Source: Candidatus Lokiarchaeum ossiferum (lineage in GTDB: Archaea; Asgardarchaeota; Lokiarchaeia; Sigyniarchaeales; Promethearchaeaceae). Taken from it: DNA of 32,000 bases. The translations under genes and the position numbers were made by a program. Positions 23,771 to 32,000 of this stretch are shown in pieces (position 1 is the stretch's first letter; each line of letters opens with the position of its first letter). The stretch spans positions 5,220,001 to 5,252,000 of the forward strand of contig CP104013.1 in the NCBI GenBank assembly GCA_025839675.1. Reading direction: 5' to 3'. The notes below the pieces were generated by a model. The model searched no databases. It saw only the letters and a program-made list of their open reading frames with translations, and was not told the DNA's origin.

Positions 23771-26422
23771 CTACGTATGTTTGCGTTTTTGCTGCAAAAT
23801 TATGCCAATAGCTACAAAAGTCCCTGAGATTATTAGAAATGTTACTGAATATCCGGGAATCCAAGAGAAAATATCTCCAAAGGGATTATTTGGTGTAGTA
23901 GTTGCTGTTTCTGTTGTATCTGTTGTTTCTGTTGCAGTTCCTTGTCCATCTCCTGGAAAACTATTTGCATCCAGAGGATTTTTTCCCATTTTGACTTCAT
24001 ATCCATCATAAAATCCATCATCGTCAGAATCATCATCTAAAGGATTTGTGCCCAATTTTACCTCAAAATTATCATTGAGATTATCATTATCCGTATCAAT
24101 TTTTAAGGGGTCGGTAAAATAGGTATTTATTTCACTTCCATCTTCTAAACCATCAAAATCCGTATCTTTCGATGTCGGATTGGTGGAATAAGTATAAACC
24201 TCCATTCCATCTAATATTCCATCTCCATCGGTGTCTGGTATATGGACGTTAGTGTTATAATTGACCATTTCTTCAAAATCCGTGAGAAAATCTAAATCTT
24301 GATCTTGAGGTGTGTCCATTGGATCCAAGGGGTCACTGAAATCTCCCAAACCTGCCGTTTCTTGCCCATCGGTGTAACCATCACCATCTGTATCTGGATT
24401 ATATGGGTTTGTGCCAATATCAAATTCATCATCATCTGTAATACCATCTCCATCGCTATCCATGCCAGGATAACTATTAGGATCATATGGATTGGTTCCT
24501 TCGGCAATCTCTACCACATTTGGGAATCCATCCCCATCACTATCAAGTCCAGGATAATCATTAGGATTTAAAGGATCTGATCCATAATTAACTTCAACGC
24601 CGTCATCATAACCATCTCCGTCGGTATCTGGATTATTTGGATCTGTACCTAATAAAATTTCTTCTCCATTCCAGAGTCCATCATTATCATCATCGGGGTG
24701 TGGAATTCCTGTCCAAATCATACTATAAAAATCTAAAAGGCCCATAGGATTGCGATGGGGGTTTGATAATTCGACGGTATAGACTGAACGTGCATTACTG
24801 GTGTATAAATAAATCCAAACACCTTGCTCAATAACACGTCTCTGAATATCATGATAAATGAGCTCGCGTATTGTTAAATTTGTTTCAACTAATCCAGCGG
24901 TCATTAAATCATTCAATCCAACCATTGGTTCTGAATCGTTTACGTGTGCATGGTTAGAGGTTGAGGTTGGGGATAATAATGGGTTGATAAAGTTGCTAGG
25001 ATCATTATAGTCTGGACCCCATCCCAACATAAAGATTTGGCATGATCCATCATCTAATGAGTCTAAGAATTCACCCCAGGTTAAACCAACAACGGTAAGA
25101 TGGATTCCTATTTTAGCAAAGTTTGCTTTTGCTAATTCTCCGACTCCTTCACGCATAGCGTTTCCAGAGTTGTAGGTGTAAGTGTAAGAAACAACGGTGG
25201 CTGCTTCCCACTCCATATCTGTAGAACTTGCAGTCAATCCTGTGGATTGAGAAAGTGCAAATACTCCTTCTCCTTCTCCTGCTGCGATAGCGGCTAGCAT
25301 CTTTTCACGGGCTAAGGTTAGATTTTGAATGGGTGCTGGGATAGAGGCATCATGGAACATGATTCCCTTGGGTACGATAGAGGTCATTTGAGCGAGATCC
25401 CCTTGACCCAATTCATTGATAACATAATTATAATCAAAAGCCGCTTGCATTGCATTTCTTGTATTTTTCTCGATTCTATTGAAATCGAATCCCATGTAAA
25501 TAATCACGGTGCCTTGCATACGATCCCCTACAACATGATTTGGGCTTGCCTCATATTCATCCATAAAATCCGAACTGATTGCTTCAGTAAAATCGATATC
25601 TCCTGCGAGATAGGCTTGATTCAATGTTGTTGCATCATCATATAATACCCAATGCATTTCTTTTATCGATGGGGCGGGACGGTAATAATCTTCAAAATAT
25701 TTAAATACGGTCAATCGTTCGCTGTTTGATTCTTGATAATAAGGTCCCGTTCCGATCAAAGTATCCGTAGCAGTTATATAATAATCATTTGTAGGAGTGC
25801 TTCCTGGTTGATCCGATAAAATAACAGAACCTGAAAAACATAAAAGGGATATAAAGGCAACATATTCATAATTTAATAAAAACTTTACATGGGTTGCATT
25901 TAATGCGGTTGTGCTATAAATTAATAAAGGTGAACTCGGATACAATGAAGCTAAAGGTTCATATAACTCTGAGATTTGAGTACTTGGTTCGCTTGAACAG
26001 AAGTTGTTTAATCGATCGAATGTAAAAACAACATCATCAGCAGTGAAATCTGAACCATCATGGAATTTCACTCCCGTTCGCAATTCAACTGTATAACTGA
26101 ATTTAATCCCGTCCATTGTACTTTCAGTTCCCCATACTCCAAAGCTAGTTGCTAATCTCGGAATTATTGCCAAATTAGGATCTCCTAAATCATACGCAAA
26201 TAATCCTTCACATACTTGTGTGATATGATCAACTGAAGCGCTATCCCATGCGAATTGAGGATCTAAATCCACAACTAAACTTGTAGTCCCATAAATTAAA
26301 GGACGTAAATCATCTGCAGAACTGTATGGTGTTCCTGCATTTGCTGGAATATTCCCATTGAGATTTGGAATTATCATAAATAACACCAAACCTAATAATA
26401 GTATTTGATTAATTTTCTTCAT
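23771..26422 (-). CDS. Family-5 (peptide/nickel-type) solute-binding protein fused to ~10 TSP3-like Ca-binding repeats, a Thr-rich linker and a PGF-CTERM-like anchor (883 aa)
   Basis: Signal peptide MKKINQILLLGLVLFMIIPNL. SBP_bac_5-type landmarks: GVKFHDGSDFTADDVVFTF, LIGTGPYY, GWGPDYNDPSNF. aa 575-825 contain repeated DTDGDG/DSDGDG...NP.DP units. The C-terminus is TATETTDTTETATTTP...IPGYSVTFLIISGTFVAIGIILQQKRKHT. Confidence 0.8.
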   Translation of the reverse strand: MKKINQILLLGLVLFMIIPNLNGNIPANAGTPYSSADDLRPLIYGTTSLVVDLDPQFAWDSASVDHITQVCEGLFAYDLGDPNLAIIPRLATSFGVWGTESTMDGIKFSYTVELRTGVKFHDGSDFTADDVVFTFDRLNNFCSSEPSTQISELYEPLASLYPSSPLLIYSTTALNATHVKFLLNYEYVAFISLLCFSGSVILSDQPGSTPTNDYYITATDTLIGTGPYYQESNSERLTVFKYFEDYYRPAPSIKEMHWVLYDDATTLNQAYLAGDIDFTEAISSDFMDEYEASPNHVVGDRMQGTVIIYMGFDFNRIEKNTRNAMQAAFDYNYVINELGQGDLAQMTSIVPKGIMFHDASIPAPIQNLTLAREKMLAAIAAGEGEGVFALSQSTGLTASSTDMEWEAATVVSYTYTYNSGNAMREGVGELAKANFAKIGIHLTVVGLTWGEFLDSLDDGSCQIFMLGWGPDYNDPSNFINPLLSPTSTSNHAHVNDSEPMVGLNDLMTAGLVETNLTIRELIYHDIQRRVIEQGVWIYLYTSNARSVYTVELSNPHRNPMGLLDFYSMIWTGIPHPDDDNDGLWNGEEILLGTDPNNPDTDGDGYDDGVEVNYGSDPLNPNDYPGLDSDGDGFPNVVEIAEGTNPYDPNSYPGMDSDGDGITDDDEFDIGTNPYNPDTDGDGYTDGQETAGLGDFSDPLDPMDTPQDQDLDFLTDFEEMVNYNTNVHIPDTDGDGILDGMEVYTYSTNPTSKDTDFDGLEDGSEINTYFTDPLKIDTDNDNLNDNFEVKLGTNPLDDDSDDDGFYDGYEVKMGKNPLDANSFPGDGQGTATETTDTTETATTTPNNPFGDIFSWIPGYSVTFLIISGTFVAIGIILQQKRKHT
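23774..23947 (-). other. Thr-rich linker plus PGF-CTERM-like C-terminal sorting/anchor signal
   Basis: GTATETTDTTETATTTPNNPFGDIFSWI-PGY-SVTFLIISGTFVAIGIIL-QQKRKHT. This is a Thr-rich linker, a PG(F/Y) tripeptide, one hydrophobic helix and a basic tail, which is the tripartite layout of archaeosortase substrates. Confidence 0.55.
23948..24700 (-). repeat. About 10 TSP3-like acidic Ca-binding repeats (coding, aa 575-825 of the SBP fusion)
   Basis: Recurrent D-x-D-x-D-G-x-x-D-x-x-E units separated by NP.DP/NP.NP turns: DTDGDGYDDGVEV, DSDGDGFPNVVEI, DSDGDGITDDDEF, DTDGDGYTDGQE, DTDGDGILDGMEV, DTDFDGLEDGSEI, DTDNDNLNDNFEV, DSDDDGFYDGYEV. Confidence 0.75.
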
Positions 26423-26554
26423 AACTTTTAATGCCTCTTTTCAACTCATCTAAAAAAAAATGAATGTAACAAAACACTTCGTTTAAGGCTTTAAAAAAAT
26501 TTCTATTGGTCAAAATATTAAAAGAAAAGAAAGAATTAATGAAGGAAATGGAAG

Positions 26555-26562
26555 AAAAAAAA
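26555..26562 (-). terminator. T8 tract (- strand) 11 nt after the 608-aa acyl-CoA ligase stop
   Basis: A8 on the + strand at 26555-26562. Confidence 0.35.
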
Positions 26563-26572
26563 TTTTTGAAAC

Positions 26573-28399
26573 CTACATCGCATCTTCATCATAAAGCGAA
26601 TTGATGGAGCCTTGATATTTTTGAAGGACTGCCCTTCGTTTAAGTTTCATGGTTTGGGTCAGCATTCCATTCTCAAGGGAAAAATCTTCGGTTAAAAAGA
26701 CAAATTTCCGGGGAATTTCATACCCTCCAAATTTACCCTTCAAATGGGCTCGAATTTCTTTGCCTATTAATTCTTGAATTTCTGGTTTTTGAATTAATAA
26801 TTCCGGTGAAGTGGACAATTTCATGGTTTCAGCATATCGTTGGGCAACAGCCATATCGGGAACCACAAGAGCTACATTATAGGGTTTTCCATCCCCATAG
26901 ATCATAATATTTGCCACCCAGGGAAGGAGTTTGATGTATTGTTCTATTGCTGCTGGATGAACATATTTTCCATTTTGCAATTTGAATTCATTTTTGATTC
27001 GACCGGTAATATATAAAAATCCGTCTTTATCAAGATGGCCTAAGTCTCCTGTTCGGACTCCTTTTATTCCGTTTTCATCTTCCACCATTACGGCAGCGGT
27101 TTGTTCTGGTTTATTATGATATCCTTGCATAATGTTTGGACCATATGCAATGATTTCTCCATCTTCAGAACCTTCCCCTACCATACTTGTATCAATTACT
27201 ACCTTTACTTTTTCTATTGGTACTCCCACACTTCCCAAACGGTGAACAACTGGGAGATTTAATGTAATTGCTGGAGCAGTTTCGGTCATCCCATAACAAT
27301 CGTATATTGGTAATCCAATATCATAGAAGAAATTTGCAATTTCAAGTTCTGTTTTTGCACTTGCGGTTAAAGATTCGAGTAATCGTGTTCCAAATCGTGC
27401 CCGCACCTTGCTAAAGACGAGCTTATCAAGTACCTTTAATTTCAAACTTGACTTACCTGTTTCTCGTTTTTTCTTTGCTGCTGCTTTTGCAGCATAGAAT
27501 AGTTTTTTCTTTATGCCTCCTTCTTTATCCATTAAGACATGGATTCCATCGTAAATTTTATTGAAAAGTCGGGGAACGCATATCAATGTGGTGGGATTTG
27601 CTTTAGTTAAATCTTCACTCATTGATTCAACTGATGTTATTCCTATACTTGCACCTAAGAGTGTAAAAGTATTCAATTCTGCAGTAAAGGCATAACTGTG
27701 TGCCCAAGGTAGAATGCTAAGTGCTCTCGCCGTCTCGTTTAAATGAGGAACTCCATTTCTTCCTGCTTGACAATTGCTAGTGAAATTTCCATGAGTGAGA
27801 ATTACTCCTTTAGGATCACCAGTGGTGCCAGAAGTATAAATCAGAGCTGCCACATCTGAATGGGAAGGTTTTTTCGATTGAATTATTTGAGTTTCTCCTT
27901 TTTTCTCTAAAGCAGCCATCGAATTTTCATCGTTACCATCAATTACAAAAATCTTCTCCAGAGTTGAGATTTCATCTTGAAAAGTTTTAACTTGTTCATA
28001 AATTTCCTTATTGGAGACAAAAAGGATCTTGATTTCCGCATCCTTAATGATATACTTCCATATTTGAGGTAATTCTTTCTCATACATGGGAATCCATTTG
28101 CAATTCAATCCATAGGTTGCATTCGCACAGATTGCCCACTCTTTACAATTGCTACGGATGATCCCAATCGCATCTCCTTCGTTAATTATCCCTAAACTGG
28201 CGATTCCACTGCGCAAATTGTCTATTCGATTCGCCGTCTGATGATATGTAATCCACTGATATTCTCCATTTGCATCTTTTTCTCCAATGTATTTTCGGTT
28301 CGGAAATTTTTTTGCGGATTGTTCGAATACATCGACTAAATTAACGGGTTCATCATACCGCATAATGGCGATATTTTTATTAAATTCTTCTAAGGTCAT
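26573..28399 (-). CDS. Long-chain-fatty-acid--CoA ligase (AMP-forming), 608 aa
   Basis: AMP-binding signature YTSGTTGDPKGV, YGMTET, TGDLGHLDKDGFLYITGRIKNEFKL, and C-terminal LENGMLTQTMKLKR. The long ACSL-type N-terminal region resembles eukaryote-like or FadD15-like enzymes. Confidence 0.85.
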   Translation of the reverse strand: MTLEEFNKNIAIMRYDEPVNLVDVFEQSAKKFPNRKYIGEKDANGEYQWITYHQTANRIDNLRSGIASLGIINEGDAIGIIRSNCKEWAICANATYGLNCKWIPMYEKELPQIWKYIIKDAEIKILFVSNKEIYEQVKTFQDEISTLEKIFVIDGNDENSMAALEKKGETQIIQSKKPSHSDVAALIYTSGTTGDPKGVILTHGNFTSNCQAGRNGVPHLNETARALSILPWAHSYAFTAELNTFTLLGASIGITSVESMSEDLTKANPTTLICVPRLFNKIYDGIHVLMDKEGGIKKKLFYAAKAAAKKKRETGKSSLKLKVLDKLVFSKVRARFGTRLLESLTASAKTELEIANFFYDIGLPIYDCYGMTETAPAITLNLPVVHRLGSVGVPIEKVKVVIDTSMVGEGSEDGEIIAYGPNIMQGYHNKPEQTAAVMVEDENGIKGVRTGDLGHLDKDGFLYITGRIKNEFKLQNGKYVHPAAIEQYIKLLPWVANIMIYGDGKPYNVALVVPDMAVAQRYAETMKLSTSPELLIQKPEIQELIGKEIRAHLKGKFGGYEIPRKFVFLTEDFSLENGMLTQTMKLKRRAVLQKYQGSINSLYDEDAM

Positions 28400-28590
28400 T
28401 TTTTATTTTCAATTCCTTTGTAATGTTTTGATCATAATATTTGCCATTTTTACTAAAAATGAACTCCCTCTTAATTGGAGTTATTATTTTCAACAATTAA
28501 TGCATATCTTATTTGAATAAAGTTACTTATAAGCCTTTATTTGGAATTAACTCGTGATAGTAAATGAAAAGAAAAGAAGAATTCAAAATC

Positions 28591-28598
28591 AAAAAAAA
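28591..28598 (-). terminator. T8 tract (- strand) 10 nt after the 611-aa acyl-CoA ligase stop
   Basis: A8 on the + strand at 28591-28598. Confidence 0.35.
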
Positions 28599-28607
28599 GT
28601 TGAAAAT

Positions 28608-30443
28608 TTAGTATGCGTCTGTATCATACATAGTATTAATCATGCTTTGATATTTTTGCAGAACGTTTTTCCGTTTCAATTTCATTGTCTGGGTTAACAT
28701 CCCATTTTCAAGAGTGAAATCTTCCGCAAGAAATTGGAACTTTTTGGGAATCTCATAACCCCCAAATTTGCCTTTCATGTGAGTTTTTATTTCTTCTTTG
28801 ACCATTTCTCGAATTTTCGGGCTATTCATAAGAGTGTCAACATCTTCTGGGAGATTTTCTTGCTTTTTATAATGGGCGAGGTATTCTCGGTCTAAAACAA
28901 TCAAGCAGACATTATAGGCTCGACCATCTCCATATAGCATAACATTGGCTACCCAAGGAAGTAACTTGATATATTGTTCGATAGATGCCGGATGCACATA
29001 TTTACCATTCAAAAGCTTATATTCATTTTTAATTCTCCCTGTAATAAACAGGAAACCATCTTCGTCAATTCTCCCTCGATCTCCTGTCCGAACTCCTTTA
29101 TTTCCATTTTCATCTTCAACCATGATGGCTGCGGTTTGTTCTGGTTTATTGTGATATCCATGCATGATATTTGGGCCGTATACCAAAATTTCTCCATCTT
29201 TTGCCCCTTCTTCCACAACCGATTTATCAATAACTATTTTTACTTTTTCAATCGGTTTCCCAACACTTCCCAATTTGTGTGCAGATTTAGTATTCATGGT
29301 AATTGCTGGGCTTGTTTCTGTCATACCATAGCAATCGTAGATGGGTAATCCAATATCATAGAAGAAATTTGCAATTTCTCTCTCCGTTTTTGCACTCGCT
29401 GTCAGAGATTCAATCATTCTGGTTCCAAATCTTGCTCTTACTTTACTAAAGACTAGTTTATCTAAAACTTTGAATTTCAAGCTCGATTTTCCAGTTTCTC
29501 GTTTCTTTTGAGCTGCCATTTTTGCGGCATCAAATAATTTCTTCTTTATGCCGCCTTCTTCTTCCATAACTTTATGAATACCATCATAAATCTTATTGAA
29601 TAGTCTTGGAACACACATTAGATGGGTTGGATTTGCTTTTTGTAAATCTGCGCTCATTGTGTCAACGCTGGTAATCCCAATGCTTCCCCCAAATTGAAAG
29701 AAATTATATAGTTCTGCTGTTTGTGCATAGGAATGTGCCCAAGGTAGAATGCTTAATGCTCGTGCCGTTACAGTTAAGTTCGGATAAATTCTATAACCTG
29801 CTTGAGCATTGCTTGTAAAATTACCATGGCTAAGTAATACACCTTTTGGATCTCCAGTTGTCCCTGAAGTATAAATTAAACCTGCAATGTCATGTACATC
29901 GGGTTTTTTTGATTCAACAGGTGCCTTTTTACCTATTTTTTCTAAATTGGCCATGCTATTATCTCCTGTTCCATCAATCACGAAAATTTGTTCTAAAGTT
30001 GGGATTTCATCTATAAATACCCTTACTTGGTTATAAATATCCTGTTTAGACACAAATAATACTTTTATCGAACTATCTTCAATAATATACTTCCATGTTT
30101 GCAATAATTCTTTCTCATACATTGGAATCCATCGACAATTTAATCCATAAGTTGCAAAAGCACATATTGCCCATTCTGCTCGATTATCTGCAATAATACC
30201 GATAGAATCATCTTTCTTCAGAATTTCTAAATTGGCAAGTCCACCTCGCAAATTATCAACTCGTGAAGCTAACTCTTCATATGTGACCCACTGAAAATCT
30301 CCATTCTCATCTTTTTCGCCAATACATAAATTTTTTGGATATTTTTTTACTGTATTTTCGAATAAATCTACCAAATTTGTAGGATCGTCATATCTTATGA
30401 TTAATTTATTAGTACCGTATTCTTCCCTCGTCATTTTTTTCAC
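28608..30443 (-). CDS. Long-chain-fatty-acid--CoA ligase (AMP-forming), 611 aa; tandem paralogue of the preceding gene
   Basis: Same motif set (YTSGTTGDPKGV, YGMTET, TGDRGRIDEDGFLFITGRIKNEYKL). Collinear with the 608-aa paralogue along its full length, roughly 70% identical by eye. Confidence 0.85.
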   Translation of the reverse strand: MKKMTREEYGTNKLIIRYDDPTNLVDLFENTVKKYPKNLCIGEKDENGDFQWVTYEELASRVDNLRGGLANLEILKKDDSIGIIADNRAEWAICAFATYGLNCRWIPMYEKELLQTWKYIIEDSSIKVLFVSKQDIYNQVRVFIDEIPTLEQIFVIDGTGDNSMANLEKIGKKAPVESKKPDVHDIAGLIYTSGTTGDPKGVLLSHGNFTSNAQAGYRIYPNLTVTARALSILPWAHSYAQTAELYNFFQFGGSIGITSVDTMSADLQKANPTHLMCVPRLFNKIYDGIHKVMEEEGGIKKKLFDAAKMAAQKKRETGKSSLKFKVLDKLVFSKVRARFGTRMIESLTASAKTEREIANFFYDIGLPIYDCYGMTETSPAITMNTKSAHKLGSVGKPIEKVKIVIDKSVVEEGAKDGEILVYGPNIMHGYHNKPEQTAAIMVEDENGNKGVRTGDRGRIDEDGFLFITGRIKNEYKLLNGKYVHPASIEQYIKLLPWVANVMLYGDGRAYNVCLIVLDREYLAHYKKQENLPEDVDTLMNSPKIREMVKEEIKTHMKGKFGGYEIPKKFQFLAEDFTLENGMLTQTMKLKRKNVLQKYQSMINTMYDTDAY

Positions 30444-30464
30444 TTTAGATTATTAATTGACTAA

Positions 30465-30481
30465 TTTTGAATTATTCAAAA
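30465..30481. promoter_or_regulatory. 8+1+8 inverted repeat TTTTGAAT-T-ATTCAAAA upstream of the 611-aa acyl-CoA ligase gene
   Basis: Perfect 8-bp arms, 22-38 nt upstream of ATG 30443 and just downstream (in the gene's orientation) of a TTTAAAA TATA-like element. AT-rich, so the chance expectation is not negligible. Confidence 0.2.
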
Positions 30482-30632
30482 TTTTAAATCTACATAGTAT
30501 TTTTTTCATGGCATTTTTAATAGTTTCCTTATGATTCTTTCCGAAAAAAGGAGGGAAAAATTTTCGTTGAATTTACATCCAATCAAATATGAAGTTAAAA
30601 ATTTTTTTTTTTCAAGAAAAATATATGCCATC

Positions 30633-31640
30633 TTAAGTGAAAAAAAGAATTATGCCATAAAATGTTGCGGAAAATAAAGCCGCAATAGGGAAAGTAACTA
30701 TCCAGCTATTAACCATCCTTTTAAAAGACCTCTTGTCTGGATGTTCACCTTTCATTCTTGCTGATCCGATTAATGCAAAAATAAGGATATGTCCTCCAGA
30801 AACTGGGAGACCTAAAAGTGTTGCAGCTAGAATAATAATTGCCGTTGCAGCTTCAACTGCTAAAGCTTCACTGGGTCTTAATTGCCCTGCTGTCGTTCCA
30901 ACATTTTTTATCAGGTTTCTTCCTATTAACATTAACCCTAGTGCAAAAGCGCAACCCGCAACTATAATAAGAATATTCATTTGGGAAACATCAATTTTAC
31001 TTGATCTCACAAGTCCATAGAAAATACCTATGGCATTACCGGAATCATTTCCTCCGCGACTAAATTGATTAATACAAGCAAATAATATGATTAAATAACG
31101 AAAAATCGTTTCGTTTTTTTCAACTTGAAGCAAACTATCATTTCGATTTTTCATTATTCTATTAATTATAAATTGTCCCATCATTGCTCCTAAAAAACCT
31201 AATAATGGAGAAAGTACCCATCCTATGGTTATTTTCCCCATATTTATCCAATTTATACTACTGAAGTAGTTTTTTTTTTCAGCAATTGCCCAAATAAAGC
31301 TTATTCCGAAAACCGAACCCACGACTGAGTGAGTTGTTGAAATTGGAACACTTGTTTTGGAAGCAATGAGTAACCAAAAAGATGTTCCTGCTAAAATTGC
31401 AAAAATCATATTGGAATTGTAATCGACATCTTCCCCCAATAAATCCGCTCCAATCGTTTCCCCGACCTTTGAAGAAAGAAAAATTACTCCTAAAAATGAT
31501 AAAATTCCCCCCAAAATAATTGCAAATTTTAAGGTTAATGAACCACTACCATACACTGTCGCCATACTCTCATCTTGCGCGCCTATTCCGAAGGTAAGAA
31601 TAATTGCGAAGATAATTAAACAATATGTTAACCAATCCAC
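30633..31640 (-). CDS. PiT-family inorganic phosphate transporter (335 aa)
   Basis: About 10 hydrophobic helices. Duplicated PiT signature regions GAQDESMATVYGSG (N-half) and GGNDSGNAIG (C-half), then STTHSVVGSV. The start is GTG at 31638-31640, with AGGAG ~10 nt upstream. Confidence 0.85.
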   Translation of the reverse strand: MDWLTYCLIIFAIILTFGIGAQDESMATVYGSGSLTLKFAIILGGILSFLGVIFLSSKVGETIGADLLGEDVDYNSNMIFAILAGTSFWLLIASKTSVPISTTHSVVGSVFGISFIWAIAEKKNYFSSINWINMGKITIGWVLSPLLGFLGAMMGQFIINRIMKNRNDSLLQVEKNETIFRYLIILFACINQFSRGGNDSGNAIGIFYGLVRSSKIDVSQMNILIIVAGCAFALGLMLIGRNLIKNVGTTAGQLRPSEALAVEAATAIIILAATLLGLPVSGGHILIFALIGSARMKGEHPDKRSFKRMVNSWIVTFPIAALFSATFYGIILFFT

Positions 31641-31663
31641 TTCTTTTTATCTCCTACAATTTT

Positions 31664-32000
31664 TCAAAGTTGATATTTGACAATAAGTCGATGGATTCCA
31701 TCTGCAAAAGTATTGGCTGTATCAATAGTTTTCATAATATTATGAATCAAACGATCGAAATACATAAAATTTCGAGTCCCTAAATTTAAATCATACAAAA
31801 TTTTTAACACATATAGATCATCGCGTTTTGCTTCTCTACGATTTTTTTCGATCAAATTTAGATAATTCGAAGCTTCATTAAAGTCAGTAAAAACGGCTTT
31901 GATGGCTTTTTTTAATAAAGTGCCAATTATTTTTCCCTTTTCACATATAGAAATTAATCGGGGGATTAATTTCGGAGGAACTAACGTTGGAAAATAGATT
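31664..32000 (-). CDS. DUF47/PhoU-like protein (usual PiT partner), 5'-truncated by the window edge
   Basis: The tracked 63-aa ORF starts at a TTG. My hand translation of 31856-31999 stays open (...PKLIPRLISICEKGKIIGTLLKKAIKAVFTDFNEASNYLNLIEKNRRE...), so the gene runs off the window. The C-terminal FDRLIHNIMKTIDTANTFADGIHRLIVK resembles the DUF47 helical end. Its position immediately upstream of PiT is typical. Confidence 0.55.
   Translation of the reverse strand, partial: IYFPTLVPPKLIPRLISICEKGKIIGTLLKKAIKAVFTDFNEASNYLNLIEKNRREAKRDDLYVLKILYDLNLGTRNFMYFDRLIHNIMKTIDTANTFADGIHRLIVKYQL

Noticed and set aside
23733-24571. Plus-strand ORFs (92 aa at 23733-24011, 90 aa at 24299-24571) and - strand off-frame ORFs (23842-24036, 24292-24507) in the TSP3 repeat region
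   Set aside because: They are antisense or off-frame shadows of the repetitive GAT/GGT-rich coding sequence of the SBP fusion. They are low-complexity and have no start context.
28945-29348. Plus-strand ORFs of 69 and 124 aa opposite the 611-aa acyl-CoA ligase
   Set aside because: They are antisense to a strongly supported enzyme gene, and their translations are Phe/Ile/Cys-rich noise.
1-32000. Search for tRNA, rRNA, CRISPR repeats, transposase or integrase genes and long non-coding gaps
   Set aside because: All intergenic regions are 213 nt or shorter and AT-rich, without cloverleaf-compatible GC stems or repeated units. No ORF shows transposase or integrase motifs.

Overview
AT-rich (about one-third G+C by eye), gene-dense prokaryotic window with 19 credible protein genes. 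I see no rRNA, tRNA, CRISPR array or transposase. Several cues suggest an archaeon, but this is inference: a PGF-CTERM-like sorting signal after a Thr-rich linker, surface proteins very rich in N-x-S/T, and T6-T9 tracts rather than obvious hairpins after most stop codons. The stand-out is the left half (nt 2-15990, + strand), a tightly spaced seven-gene cluster. It holds: (1) a giant (>2,140 aa, 5'-truncated) surface protein with a transglutaminase-like core whose Cys-His-Asp triad reads Ser-Tyr-Asp; (2) a second, internally duplicated surface protein with a cytoplasmic DUF4129-like tail; (3) a free-standing DUF4129-like paralogue; (4) a polytopic DUF4350 membrane protein; (5) a MoxR AAA+ ATPase that is compositionally distinct (~50% G+C); (6) a DUF58/vWA-MIDAS protein; (7) an unclassified coiled-coil membrane protein. 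I read this as an uncharacterised MoxR-driven envelope or surface-assembly system. The middle (16192-20615) is an odd nuclease neighbourhood: two tandem RNase H-fold exonuclease-like genes plus a degenerate GH4-like gene, divergent from a Mut7-C RNase. The right half (- strand) carries a histidine phosphatase, Tex, an orphan family-5 solute-binding protein fused to TSP3-like Ca-binding repeats, two tandem long-chain acyl-CoA synthetase paralogues, a PiT phosphate transporter and its DUF47 partner (cut by the window edge). All domain calls are by-eye motif recognition on the supplied translations; none was verified by a search.
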